Positions 1-9,950 of a stretch of DNA of 64,000 nucleotides are shown here, in pieces. The translations under genes were made by a program, and so were the position numbers. How positions within the stretch are numbered: the stretch's first letter is position 1; each line of letters opens with the position of its first letter. The notes under the pieces are model-generated. The model made no database searches and was not told the DNA's origin. It saw only the letters and a list, made by a program, of their open reading frames with translations. This stretch comes from an uncultured Dehalococcoidales bacterium (GTDB lineage: Bacteria; Chloroflexota; Dehalococcoidia; Lucifugimonadales; Lucifugimonadaceae), in assembly GCA_964590915.1 (NCBI GenBank), contig CAZPYN010000002.1, positions 17,426 to 81,425 of the forward strand, in the 5' to 3' direction.

Positions 1-449
1 TCTATAAACAAATTTGGTTCATTCAAATCAATGCTATTTCTATGACCGATATTTATTTTTCTATAATCTTCGGATTTATCAGTAGAATATTCATCCCATC
101 CAAAATTTTCAAGTTTATCGGTTCTTTCAACATGCCATTTTCCAAAATATGCAGTTTTATATCCTTCGCTTTGAACTACCTGAGCCCAATGTTCTTTTTC
201 AGTTCTTAGATTTGATTGATCCTCATCTACGCAATGAGTTACAGTAGTTACACCATGATTGTGAGGGAGTAATCCGGTCATAATACTTGCCCTGGCTGGA
301 GAACAAACAGGATTTGAAGTATGTGCTCTATTAAATTTTACTCCACTCTTAGCGAGTTTATCTAAGTTAGGAGTAATGCATTGGTTATCATCATCTAACA
401 CCTGTCCATGCATTTGATCGACCATTAAGAATAAAAGATTTTTCTTCAT
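1..449 (-). CDS. Cys-type (formylglycine) sulfatase, N-terminal part; 3' end runs off the window
   Basis: Reverse-strand translation from the ATG at 449 gives MKKNLLFLMVDQMHGQVL...NPVCSPARASIMTGLLPHNHG. It carries the C-x-P-x-R sulfatase signature (CSPAR). An ATGA overlap links it to the stop of the upstream DUF1501 gene. It is absent from the ORF track because it is open at the window edge. Confidence 0.8.
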   Translation of the reverse strand, partial: MKKNLLFLMVDQMHGQVLDDDNQCITPNLDKLAKSGVKFNRAHTSNPVCSPARASIMTGLLPHNHGVTTVTHCVDEDQSNLRTEKEHWAQVVQSEGYKTAYFGKWHVERTDKLENFGWDEYSTDKSEDYRKINIGHRNSIDLNEPNLFI

Positions 450-1570
450 TTTAGGAAAGGAGATAATTTTTCGAAATTTCCACCCACAATATCCTTTGCT
501 TCAACTGATAACCAATCCTCGAGTATATCAGAATATAATCCCCTAAAATCAAAATTAAATTTTAAATCTCCTTCTACGTGTTTATCTGGGTCTAATGATG
601 GATAATCATTATATTGTCCACCTTTAACACTATTACCTAATAGAAAGGACACACCACCTGATCCATGATCAGTACCTGTACCATTGTCTATTACTCTTCT
701 GCCAAATTCTGAGAACATAAAAACTATTATTTCCTCTCCTGTATCGTGCTCTTTTAAATCTTCAAAAAATGCACTTAATGCGTCAGATAATTGTTGCCAT
801 AGAGTTTGTTGTAATACCATTTCATTAGTATGAGTATCAAAACCTCCGTGATTTGCATAAAAGATTCTCGTCCCAAAATTTGCGAAATGAACCTGAGCAA
901 TCCCTTTTAATTGTTTACCAATGCTTGTATTAGGGTATTCCACATTTGAATTATATAAACCAGGCGCCTTGCTAATTATTTCAGCACCTTTTACAGCATC
1001 TAGTCCTGTTTTGCCCAAATAATCCATAACATAATCATTACCCATACTAGGTGTATAGAAACGCCTAAAGGTATTTAAAGCCTCATTTTTTTTTGTCTCA
1101 TCTTCAATAGAAGTAAACAAACCATAATTGTCTATATCACCTACTGAAGCAACTGGAACGCCCTGATTTACAAGTGCTCTTGGTAATGCTTCACTGAAAT
1201 TAACTGCAGTAACAACATTTTCAGCATTTGGATCAATCTCTTTTATAGCTTGCCCCAACCAACCTTTTGAACCTACTTTGGTTGGTTCTGCCGTGTGCCA
1301 TATATCCATTGATCTAAAATGAGATCTGTTGGGTTCGGGATATCCAATCCCATGTATAATTGCTAAATTACCCTCATTATAGAAATCTTTAATTGCATTC
1401 ATACCTGGATTTAGTCCTAATTTATTATCCAGAGGAATAATTTCTTCATCTGTTATTTTGATATGCTTTCTGAAATCTCTATATAAAGGATTCTCCCACG
1501 GTACGATACAATTTAAATAATCGTTTCCTCCAGAAAGTTGAATTGTAACCAAAACTTTTTCTTTTTTCAT
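446..1570 (-). CDS. DUF1501 family protein (sulfatase/alkaline-phosphatase superfamily), no leader peptide
   Basis: 374 aa. GYPEPNRSHFRSMDIWHTA, GGFDTHTNE and SEFGRRVIDNGTGTDHG are typical DUF1501 blocks. The conserved core starts at about residue 6. Confidence 0.8.
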   Translation of the reverse strand: MKKEKVLVTIQLSGGNDYLNCIVPWENPLYRDFRKHIKITDEEIIPLDNKLGLNPGMNAIKDFYNEGNLAIIHGIGYPEPNRSHFRSMDIWHTAEPTKVGSKGWLGQAIKEIDPNAENVVTAVNFSEALPRALVNQGVPVASVGDIDNYGLFTSIEDETKKNEALNTFRRFYTPSMGNDYVMDYLGKTGLDAVKGAEIISKAPGLYNSNVEYPNTSIGKQLKGIAQVHFANFGTRIFYANHGGFDTHTNEMVLQQTLWQQLSDALSAFFEDLKEHDTGEEIIVFMFSEFGRRVIDNGTGTDHGSGGVSFLLGNSVKGGQYNDYPSLDPDKHVEGDLKFNFDFRGLYSDILEDWLSVEAKDIVGGNFEKLSPFLK

Positions 1571-1583
1571 TTTATTTCTCCAA

Positions 1584-2597
1584 TCAAACCTTTTGATAAA
1601 TTTGAATTCTATTCCTATTTGAATCCAAAACTAATAGATGCCCATTTTTATCAATAACTACAGATGTAGGATCCCAGAAATATGATTCTATACGTGCAGA
1701 TTCTTCATGTGGTTCTACATTGTCGATATTTATTACTGGACTGAAGGATTCTCTTGCTCTTTTTTCATCTGGATTTGCATTTAGATACTCTTTTGCCCAT
1801 TTTGATAGTTTAGCTTGTCCTCTCAATTTCCCAATAAAGTTGAATTTTTCGTCAAATATTTGAACTCTTTGATTACCCCAATCTGCAACGTAAAAAAATC
1901 CATCCTTATCAACACATACCCCAGACGGTCGTGATAAATCTCCATCATCTGTACCTGAGCGACCAAATTTATCTATAAATAATCCATTTTTATCAAAAAT
2001 TTGTATTCTATCATTTCTCCAATCTGCTACCAAAATCTCATTATTATTCCCTAATGCTATACCCCAAGGTTTGTTAAATTCGCCATCTTGATTCCCTTTT
2101 TTACCCCACTCGCGGAGAAATTTTCCTGAGGTTGTCATTACTTGAATTCTATCATTATGAATATCAACTATAAAAAGTTCATTATTTTGATCACATACAA
2201 TACCTGAAGGGGAATTTACTTCTCCTTGTTTATTCCCCTTGGTACCCCATCTTTCTAAAAAATTTCCATCTTTTTCAAAAACTGAAATTGAGTGTGTATA
2301 TTCATCAGTAATATATACATTATCTTTAGTATCAAAAGTTATTGAACTAGGCCAGTACAATTCTCCTGGGTTTTTTCCAAATTTAGAAAATTCTCCATAA
2401 TAATTATGGTTTACATCCATTATTGATACCCGTAGTCCCAATGTATGTATTGCACCACTTCTGTTTATAACAAATACCTTTTCTTCACTATTAATAGCCA
2501 AATCTCTAGGAAGGTGAAATCCTCTGCCTCCAACATCAGCTGTAAATCCAACAGTGTCAATATATTTAAATTTCGTTTTTGATATAGTATTTTTCAT
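1584..2597 (-). CDS. NHL-repeat six-bladed beta-propeller protein
   Basis: 337 aa with repeated NHL units, e.g. NDRIQVMTTSGKF, NDRIQIFDKNGLF, NQRVQIFDEKFNF and NRIQIYQK, each preceded by G.F..P.G...D..g..yv.D. Confidence 0.8.
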   Translation of the reverse strand: MKNTISKTKFKYIDTVGFTADVGGRGFHLPRDLAINSEEKVFVINRSGAIHTLGLRVSIMDVNHNYYGEFSKFGKNPGELYWPSSITFDTKDNVYITDEYTHSISVFEKDGNFLERWGTKGNKQGEVNSPSGIVCDQNNELFIVDIHNDRIQVMTTSGKFLREWGKKGNQDGEFNKPWGIALGNNNEILVADWRNDRIQIFDKNGLFIDKFGRSGTDDGDLSRPSGVCVDKDGFFYVADWGNQRVQIFDEKFNFIGKLRGQAKLSKWAKEYLNANPDEKRARESFSPVINIDNVEPHEESARIESYFWDPTSVVIDKNGHLLVLDSNRNRIQIYQKV

Positions 2598-2599
2598 AT

Positions 2600-4000
2600 T
2601 TAATTCATTTGAAATTCTCTAGTTGATACTATTAATTTAATAATTAATGAAACTTCTTCAGAATCAATTGACTCAGATAATGAGTTTTCAATGTATTCTT
2701 CAATTGGTATTTTCGTGCTAAGTTCAAGTTTAATATAACCTAATTCCTTTAAACATAAATTTAAAACATTTTTTTTATCAGGGTTTTGTTTAACAATACT
2801 AGTAACAACATCTTTATTAACATCACCAAGAATTTCAGAACAAAAATTAATTCTTTCTATAACTGATCCCGTATTTATCCATTCTTCTCCACCTTGCCAA
2901 CCTTCAACTGAAGTTGGATCCATTAAAGGTTGACCCATTAATCGAGAACTACCAGTTGCCTTGTATACTTCCTGAGAATTTATGTCTAAGCCACCTGATA
3001 ACCTGACGGAATTAACGACAAGTTCAGTAGGGCTTTTAATTCTTTTATTATAAATTGCTTCAGACTTAAAATATTCAGACTTAAATAAATCCCTCAAAAC
3101 TTCTTTTATGTTATATTTATTTCTGAAATATGATCCGATTATAAACTCTATAGCATTAGGATCTATTGGATCTTCGTGAGGCCACTGAGGAACTGGTAGC
3201 TCATCTTTTATAAAAAAATGATAAAGGTGTCTAGCTAAAAATTGTGCAGTTGCTTTCTGTTTGCAAATAATTCTAACTATATCTTCTCCATTGAAATCAC
3301 CTTTTTCTCCAAGAAATTCTTTTTTACCATAATCATGATCATTTTCATCAAACTTGAATTGCCAAGCTATATATCCGAAAGGTCTTGCTGTATTATTTCT
3401 CATTTTGGTTGCGTTATATGGCATATTTTCAATAGTCCAACCTGTGAAAGCTCTTGAGCATTCTTTAATATCTTTTTCAGTATAATTTCCAACACCCATT
3501 GAAAATAATTCTAAAATTTCTCTTCCATAATTTTCATTGATATTATCTTTATGATTATCTTGGTTGTCTAGCCACATTATCATTGCAGGATTTTTTGATA
3601 GTTCAATAAGTAACTTCTCAAAACTTCCCTCTCCAAATTTCCTAAGCATTTCAATTTGAGTAGTCATTACCTTTCCCTGAATAAGTTTATTTTGACCAGT
3701 AGCGAATACTCTGTGCCAAAACAAAGCAATTTTTTCTTCAAAAGGAAATTTAGAATTAGCCATTCTATACATCCAATATGAACCTGAAGTTGGAACTGTT
3801 CGTACGTCAGAAAACTCCATTTGATACCTTCTAAGTAGGTCAATAGGAACAGGATCTTCGTGCTTATTATCTAGTAAATAATCTACTATATGATCATATT
3901 CGAATGAATCTAGAGCATCAATTTCTTCTTTTGTTCCTCCAAATACTGCCCTTCTAAGCAAATGAGTGGTTAATGATTTATTTGTTGTTATCGTCGCCAT
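2600..4000 (-). CDS. DUF1800 family protein
   Basis: 466 aa. The N-terminal HLLRRAVFGG and internal NENYGREILELFSMGVGNYTEKDIKECSRAFTGW are DUF1800 hallmarks. An SD-like GAAGGAAAG precedes the ATG at 4000. Confidence 0.75.
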   Translation of the reverse strand: MATITTNKSLTTHLLRRAVFGGTKEEIDALDSFEYDHIVDYLLDNKHEDPVPIDLLRRYQMEFSDVRTVPTSGSYWMYRMANSKFPFEEKIALFWHRVFATGQNKLIQGKVMTTQIEMLRKFGEGSFEKLLIELSKNPAMIMWLDNQDNHKDNINENYGREILELFSMGVGNYTEKDIKECSRAFTGWTIENMPYNATKMRNNTARPFGYIAWQFKFDENDHDYGKKEFLGEKGDFNGEDIVRIICKQKATAQFLARHLYHFFIKDELPVPQWPHEDPIDPNAIEFIIGSYFRNKYNIKEVLRDLFKSEYFKSEAIYNKRIKSPTELVVNSVRLSGGLDINSQEVYKATGSSRLMGQPLMDPTSVEGWQGGEEWINTGSVIERINFCSEILGDVNKDVVTSIVKQNPDKKNVLNLCLKELGYIKLELSTKIPIEEYIENSLSESIDSEEVSLIIKLIVSTREFQMN

Positions 4001-4244
4001 TCTTTCCTTCTGTCCCGTTATCTTTTTTTTCTAAATTTCTTTCGTTTAAATTAGTATTTTTTGAACGAATTTTTTTTCTTATTCTAAAACGAACCGTGTA
4101 AACAATCAATATGGCTCCTAGAATTGGAGCAAATCGCAAGAAATTGCTATCTTCATTAAAGAATCCAGAAAGTATAATTCTTAAAGTAATTGTAATAAGT
4201 AATAAAGCTCCTATTTCTAAAATCATAAACTGTAATCTTGGCAT
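3978..4244 (-). CDS. small two-TM membrane protein with Lys/Asn-rich tail (hypothetical)
   Basis: 88 aa with two hydrophobic helices (ILEIGALLLITITLRIIL and FAPILGAILIVYTV). A good SD (AGAGGAAG) lies about 6 nt upstream of the ATG. It overlaps the DUF1800 start by 23 nt. Confidence 0.5.
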   Translation of the reverse strand: MPRLQFMILEIGALLLITITLRIILSGFFNEDSNFLRFAPILGAILIVYTVRFRIRKKIRSKNTNLNERNLEKKDNGTEGKNGDDNNK

Positions 4245-4257
4245 TACTTCCTCTTTT

Positions 4258-5259
4258 CTAAATCAATATTTTTTTTCCTTTTTCAGCTGACAAATGTGCT
4301 GAATAAATAATCTTTTGAATCTCTAAACCTCTTTCATAGGAAATATTTGGTGATTTTGATTTAATTACATTATTTATAAAATTACGTAATTCATCAACAT
4401 ACATTTCATTGGTATCAGGTGTTAATTTGTATGTTTCATTCATTGCATCGCTTGATATCTTTACTCCTTCTAAAAAATCCCAAGTTATAGTGCCATTTTC
4501 TCCTATGATTTTAGAATTCCTTGCATAACCTTTCTCTACAGCATTTAAATGTATTTCAATTAATTTATTTGATACGGTTTCTAGAAGGATTATCGCAGTA
4601 TCTTCTGTTTCTATTTCTAAATCGGATACCTTACTTTTAATTGAAGTTATACTTGAAGGGGATCCAAGTAACCAAGTTGCAATATCAATTTCATGACATC
4701 CATCTGAAATGATTCCTCCTCCAGTTTCTTTTTTTGCAAAATACCCTTTACGATAATCTGTTGTAGGGCGCCAATTTGCAAGATATTGCCCACTTTCGAA
4801 GATCCCTATTAGAGGCTTGCCTATATGTCCATTGTTTAACAATTCCTTTACTTTGATCATAGATTCATGAAACCTCCAATTAAAACCAATAGTTATAAAT
4901 TTTGGATAGTTTTTTATTCTCTTATATAATTTTTTTGCTTGTTCATAACTATGTGATAGAGGTTTTTCAATAAAAACGTTGGTGTTAAATGACATTAATT
5001 TATCTAAATAAGTCAAATGTAAATATGGCGGTGTACATATTAGGGCTATATCAATAATTTCATTTCTAAGATCTTCAAATTTAGTAACAAAATTAAAACC
5101 TAATTCTTCAACAAAGGGTTTTCGTTTTTTGTCTGGATCAAAAACTGAAATTTTAGTAGCACCCAAATGTTTTAAATTTTTTGTATGCCTTAAACCTATT
5201 GAACCTGATCCTACAACAGCAAAATTTAGATTTTTAATATTCATTATTTTTTTTTTCAT
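4258..5259 (-). CDS. Gfo/Idh/MocA family NAD(P)-dependent oxidoreductase
   Basis: 333 aa with an N-terminal Rossmann motif VVGSGSIGLRH and the family EKPL motif (FIEKPLSHS). Confidence 0.8.
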   Translation of the reverse strand: MKKKIMNIKNLNFAVVGSGSIGLRHTKNLKHLGATKISVFDPDKKRKPFVEELGFNFVTKFEDLRNEIIDIALICTPPYLHLTYLDKLMSFNTNVFIEKPLSHSYEQAKKLYKRIKNYPKFITIGFNWRFHESMIKVKELLNNGHIGKPLIGIFESGQYLANWRPTTDYRKGYFAKKETGGGIISDGCHEIDIATWLLGSPSSITSIKSKVSDLEIETEDTAIILLETVSNKLIEIHLNAVEKGYARNSKIIGENGTITWDFLEGVKISSDAMNETYKLTPDTNEMYVDELRNFINNVIKSKSPNISYERGLEIQKIIYSAHLSAEKGKKILI

Positions 5260-6522
5260 CTAAAAATCCGTATTACACCAAGGCTTTTGCAAAACATTAA
5301 ACATATTAGAAAATAAATTTAATTTATCAAAATTTTTCGCATGGATATTTTTTGAATTTACTAATTCAAAAGGAGTAATTGCTCCAAAAAAGCAACTACT
5401 TAAATCTGAAGGTCTCATAGAAATATCTGGAGCTGAGTTTACTTTCTTCACTATAGATGTTTCTCCATTAGTATCTATTTGATATATACCTTCAATATCT
5501 GATTGATTTTGACCTGTTATTTCTAAATTGATTCTTCCTTCATGATTATATTTTCGGGCTTCTAAGAACTTAATTGGATCAATAATTCTTACCCACAAGC
5601 CATCAATAGTCATTCTTTCAAGTTGTCGCGGATTTTCTAATAAGAAATATAGAGGGTCATGTGGAGATCTTCGGTTAATTGTAACTTTTTCAACTAACTC
5701 AATACCAAAAATGAAGTTCCAAAGAGAAATATTAGTTTCTTTATCTACTGCAATCAACTCGTGAACAATAAGTTCCCCTTTATCATCTTCGTGTGCTATG
5801 CCGGATTCTTTATTAAAGTTATAAAAGGCATACCCAGAGGGGCGTTTATTTTTATATGCAACAACGAAGAACAAGCCGCTCATTCCTGATTTATTGTGTT
5901 TAGAATTTTCATTTTCATAGAGAATGTAATTCCAATATTCTTCTGTCCTATCCGTTGAACCATTTTGTTTTTTTCTAAATTCATCATAAATTTTGAATAA
6001 TTCTTTTTTTGCAATCTCTTTTTCTACGAACTCTAGTTGTATATTCGTTTCATTTTCTTGAATTAGATTTGTAGAATGAGTTTCTATGGACCAATCTTCT
6101 CTCAATGTTCCTAAACCATAACCAAATCGAGAATATAGCACTGATTGAGAGGCCCATAAGCCTGCTAAAACATCTCCTCTGTCTTTAGCCTGTTCATGTA
6201 ACTTATTCATCATTGATGTAAATATTCCTCTTCTTTTATGAGTAGGGGCTGTCCCCATATAAGCAATCCCAGCCATATTAAGATTCTTTCCTCCGGGAGC
6301 AGTAATTTTAAATTCATCTGCTCCTCCTGTCCCAACAATTTTGTTGGTTTCATCATCTAAAGCAGCTATTAATCTTTTCTCCCAGCTGGTATTTTTAGCA
6401 AATCTTCCAGCTAACATCCTTTCGATATCTGACTTACTTGGGATATCTCCAAAAACCCTTCTTACGGATTTTCTCCATTCAATAACATTATTTTCATTAA
6501 CAGAAATTATTTTAATTGCCAT
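5260..6522 (-). CDS. Eis-like GNAT N-acetyltransferase with C-terminal SCP2-like domain
   Basis: 420 aa. The acetyl-CoA site block HKRRGIFTSMMNKL...SVLYSRFGYG resembles Eis-family GNATs. It abuts both neighbouring genes with 0-nt gaps. Confidence 0.65.
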   Translation of the reverse strand: MAIKIISVNENNVIEWRKSVRRVFGDIPSKSDIERMLAGRFAKNTSWEKRLIAALDDETNKIVGTGGADEFKITAPGGKNLNMAGIAYMGTAPTHKRRGIFTSMMNKLHEQAKDRGDVLAGLWASQSVLYSRFGYGLGTLREDWSIETHSTNLIQENETNIQLEFVEKEIAKKELFKIYDEFRKKQNGSTDRTEEYWNYILYENENSKHNKSGMSGLFFVVAYKNKRPSGYAFYNFNKESGIAHEDDKGELIVHELIAVDKETNISLWNFIFGIELVEKVTINRRSPHDPLYFLLENPRQLERMTIDGLWVRIIDPIKFLEARKYNHEGRINLEITGQNQSDIEGIYQIDTNGETSIVKKVNSAPDISMRPSDLSSCFFGAITPFELVNSKNIHAKNFDKLNLFSNMFNVLQKPWCNTDF

Positions 6523-8523
6523 TTACTTTTTCTTTAGAGCTTCTTTACCAGCATTTAGGGTTTCAACAATTTTATCCACATCATAAACACAACCTCCCCA
6601 GGTACCACCACTAACATCTTGAAGAGCTGCCCATAATCTAGTGTCATCTGGTAAATTTTCATTTGGTTTTATTTCAAGAGATGCATTACGTGATAAAAAT
6701 TCTTTATCTCCCCATTCTTTTCCATAATTATTTTGATTTTCACCTACCAAATTTATAGATCCTGATAATTTTTTTGTATCTATGATTATTTCTATTAGAT
6801 CAGAATCCTTTAGTAGTCCTATTGGTCCTCCAGCTAAGGCTTCAGGACCGATATGTCCTATACAAGCTCCAGTTGAAACACCAGAAAATCTTGCATCTGT
6901 TAATAGAGCAATATACTTGCCATAGGATAAATGCCTGAGTGCAGCAGTAATTTGATATGTTTCTTCCATTCCTGTACCACTTGGCCCCCCACACATTATT
7001 ACAAGAATTTCTCCTTTTTTTAATTTATCTGTGCCTTTTGATTTTATTGATTGCATTGCTTCTTTTTCAGAGTTGAAAACTCTTGCCTTGCCAGTATTTC
7101 TATATACACCATCTTTATCAATTACTTCTGGGTCTATTGCAGTAGACTTTATGACTGAACCTTCAGGTGCGATATTTCCAACAGGAAAAGTAACTGTAGA
7201 TGTTAATCCCTTTAAGGTAGCATTAGATTTACTCATGATTACATTTTCCGGATTTATTTTGTCGTTATCTGATAAAAACTCTCGAACATATTTTCTTCTT
7301 TCTGATTCTTCCCACCACTCCAAATTTTCTCTCATAGTTTTTCCAGAAACTGTTAGTTCATCAAGATTTAGAAGACCAAGTTTTTTTAAATTCAACATAA
7401 CTTCTGGGACGCCTCCTGCAGCATAAAATTGTGAAGTTGGGTGTCCAACTGGTCCATTTGGTAAAACATCCACAAGTCTTGGAACAAAACTATTAATCCT
7501 TGACCAATCTTCAACACTCATTCTTTTTCTACCAACTGAATGTGCTATTGCTGGTAAATGTAACAACAAATTGGTTGAACCCCCACAGGCAGCGTGAACT
7601 ACCATTGCGTTTTCAAATGCCTTGTCAGTTAATATTTTGTCTATTGTTATATTATTTTTTTCAAGATTGAATAATGCTTTAGCGGATCTTTCTGCGTTAA
7701 AATACCAAGCTGGAGTTCCGCTAGGCGTGCATGCCGAATGTGTCAATGAAAAACCTAAAGATTCCGCTATTACTTGAGAAGTACCAGCGGTTCCTAAAAA
7801 TTGGCACCCTCCACCTGGTGATGCACAAGCTTTACATCCCATATCTTGAGCGTATTCTAAAGAAATTTCACCTTGAGCAAATCTTGCTCCTATTGACTGA
7901 ATTTTTCCTGCATCCTCTCCATTAAATGGTGCTAAAGTTGATCCTCCAGGAACAATTATAGATGGCACCTTTTTCATGCCTGCTAGAGCCATCATCATCG
8001 CGGGTAAGCCTTTATCGCATGAAGCTATTCCAACAATCGCTTTTGCTGTCGGTAAAGATCTTGCTATTCTTCTAAAAACTTTAGCTGCGTCATTTCTGTA
8101 TGGAAGAGAATCAAACATCCCAGGGGTTCCCATACTTCTACCATCACATGGATCGGAACAGTATGCTGAGAAAGGCAGTCCTCCTAAACTATTGATTATA
8201 TTTGCAGTTTTTTCAACCAAAGATGAAAGTTCCCAATGACCAGTGTGGAATCCCAATGCTACTGGTTCTCCATCTTTGTCTTTTAAACCACCACTAGTTG
8301 ATAAAATTAGAAATTGTTTTCTTAGTAATTCTGTAGGATTCCATCCCATTCCCGCATTTTGAGTTAATCCAAAGTGATTGCCACTAGGTTCATTTATTAA
8401 AATATCTTCTGTGAATGGGATTTTCCCTTTTGGTCCTTCAGCATGAGTTTTAATTCTAAAATCTTCTTTAGATTTACTATCAATTATTTCCTCAAATGAT
8501 AAATCTTTATTTGATGTAGCCAC
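6523..8523 (-). CDS. IlvD/Edd-family sugar-acid dehydratase, YjhG/YagF (D-xylonate dehydratase)-like
   Basis: 666 aa with SDPCDGRSMGT, CDKGLPAMMMA and ARFSGVSTGACIGHIGPEA. Its length and terminal blocks (THAEGPKGKIPFTEDILINEPSG; PDDTRLWAALQDVSGGTWGGCVYDV) match my recollection of E. coli YjhG/YagF rather than IlvD proper. Confidence 0.8.
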   Translation of the reverse strand: MATSNKDLSFEEIIDSKSKEDFRIKTHAEGPKGKIPFTEDILINEPSGNHFGLTQNAGMGWNPTELLRKQFLILSTSGGLKDKDGEPVALGFHTGHWELSSLVEKTANIINSLGGLPFSAYCSDPCDGRSMGTPGMFDSLPYRNDAAKVFRRIARSLPTAKAIVGIASCDKGLPAMMMALAGMKKVPSIIVPGGSTLAPFNGEDAGKIQSIGARFAQGEISLEYAQDMGCKACASPGGGCQFLGTAGTSQVIAESLGFSLTHSACTPSGTPAWYFNAERSAKALFNLEKNNITIDKILTDKAFENAMVVHAACGGSTNLLLHLPAIAHSVGRKRMSVEDWSRINSFVPRLVDVLPNGPVGHPTSQFYAAGGVPEVMLNLKKLGLLNLDELTVSGKTMRENLEWWEESERRKYVREFLSDNDKINPENVIMSKSNATLKGLTSTVTFPVGNIAPEGSVIKSTAIDPEVIDKDGVYRNTGKARVFNSEKEAMQSIKSKGTDKLKKGEILVIMCGGPSGTGMEETYQITAALRHLSYGKYIALLTDARFSGVSTGACIGHIGPEALAGGPIGLLKDSDLIEIIIDTKKLSGSINLVGENQNNYGKEWGDKEFLSRNASLEIKPNENLPDDTRLWAALQDVSGGTWGGCVYDVDKIVETLNAGKEALKKK

Positions 8524-8621
8524 GAGATCTCCTGATTTTTATATGTTTATTTTTTTATATTTTTTGTAATGTTATTCAATCAAAACAAGCTTTTCAAATA
8601 AATTTTCAGCAAGAAATATAT

Positions 8622-9950
8622 TTAGCTCCAAGTTCTATCATGAGAATCTAATCCATCCCAATCTGAAGTTTCCTCAAACATCCCTTTTGGGTAAACCGAA
8701 AAATCATTGGATTCTATAGATAAATGTTCCTTGATTTTATCTTCATTAATTTCTAATCCTAGACCAGGAGCATTTGGGACATTTACAAAACCTTTTTTGA
8801 TCATGGGTCCTTTGTCATCAATTAGTGTAACAATATCGTTCCACCAGGGATTATCAACTGAATGCATTTCTAGGGCAATAAAATTATCAATTGTTGCAGC
8901 ACAATGGACATTGGCCATTGCAACTATAGGTGATCCTGCTTGGTGAAGTGCAACTGGAATTCCCGCATCTCTACAGTAATCAGCTATTCTTTTAGTTTCC
9001 AATATTCCTCCAGAAGTAGCTAAATCTGGATGAGCTACTGATATAGCTCTAGCTTCTACTAGAGGCTCAAAGCCATCTTTACAATATATATCTTCACCAG
9101 TTCCAACTGGAGTATCAACTCTGCTTTTTAAACTTTTCCATTGATCGACTAGTTGCCAAGGGATCATATCTTCATACCATGCAAGAGTAAACTGATCTAG
9201 GTTTTTTCCTATTCGTATAGCATTTTCTACTCCCATATGACCAAAATGATCTGAAGCAAGAGGAATCTCATACCCTATGATATCCCTAACAGTTTTTACG
9301 TATTCTTTCATTTTGGCTATTCCGTAATCAGTCACCTGAATACCAGTGAAAGGATGCATAATATTGCTAGATTCATTTATCAATTTTTTATTCACCACAC
9401 CTCCCTGAAATTCAGATGCAATCCATAGTCCAATATCCATTTTTAGAAATTCAAATCCTTTATTAATTCGACCCAAAAGAGCTTTGCCCATTTCTTCAGG
9501 ATCTTTTTTTAAAGGAGTATCAGCGTAAACTTTAATTTTATCCCTATATTTACCACCTGCTAGCATGTATGCTGGAACCCCAAAAGCTTTTCCTGCTAGA
9601 TCACATAAAGCAATTTCTATTCCGCAAACACCACCTCCTAATCTTCCGTGGCCTCCAAATTGTTTGATTTTTTGAAAAATTCTATCTATATCACATGGAT
9701 TTTCACCAAGAATTTTACTTTTAAGCATTAAAGCATATTTTGCAGAGGCACCATCTCTTACTTCTCCATATCCAACTATATCTTGATTTGTATATAATTT
9801 GATTATTGGCCATCTCCAACCTTTTTCACCTATAACCGCTATTCTCATATCGGTTATTTTTAAGCTTGATGGATTGGAAAGTTTAAAGTTTTTTTTGGAT
9901 TCTTTTTTCAATCTTTTCTCCCTATTATTTTTTTTTCTTCCAATTTTCAA
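8622..9950 (-). CDS. enolase-superfamily (mandelate racemase / sugar-acid dehydratase-like) enzyme
   Basis: 442 aa with the N-terminal capping block KITDMRIAVIG...GYGEV and barrel blocks FLKMDIG, ASDHFGH, WYEDMIP and GEDIY. The first 34 aa are Lys-rich and overlap the upstream gene by 26 nt, so the alternative ATG at 9848 may be the true start. Confidence 0.8.
   Translation of the reverse strand: MKIGRKKNNREKRLKKESKKNFKLSNPSSLKITDMRIAVIGEKGWRWPIIKLYTNQDIVGYGEVRDGASAKYALMLKSKILGENPCDIDRIFQKIKQFGGHGRLGGGVCGIEIALCDLAGKAFGVPAYMLAGGKYRDKIKVYADTPLKKDPEEMGKALLGRINKGFEFLKMDIGLWIASEFQGGVVNKKLINESSNIMHPFTGIQVTDYGIAKMKEYVKTVRDIIGYEIPLASDHFGHMGVENAIRIGKNLDQFTLAWYEDMIPWQLVDQWKSLKSRVDTPVGTGEDIYCKDGFEPLVEARAISVAHPDLATSGGILETKRIADYCRDAGIPVALHQAGSPIVAMANVHCAATIDNFIALEMHSVDNPWWNDIVTLIDDKGPMIKKGFVNVPNAPGLGLEINEDKIKEHLSIESNDFSVYPKGMFEETSDWDGLDSHDRTWS

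Noticed and set aside
446-448. The possibility that TGA is generally read as an amino acid (genetic code 4 or 25), which would explain the selD TGA trivially.
   Set aside because: TGA terminates well-delimited genes here, such as the DUF1501 gene at 446-448 in a classic ATGA overlap. The other conserved proteins in the window are not interrupted by in-frame TGAs. This points to local Sec recoding rather than a variant code.
7031-7426. Antisense ORFs of 60-150 aa nested in larger genes. Examples are 7031-7426, 7976-8239, 14596-14937, 15495-15941, 33235-33636, 45574-45876, 52298-52606, 53476-53706 and 54555-54815.
   Set aside because: All lie entirely inside well-supported genes on the opposite strand. 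They have low-complexity or odd composition and no SD-like sites that I could see. They cluster where local G+C is higher, so stops are rarer. These are shadow ORFs.
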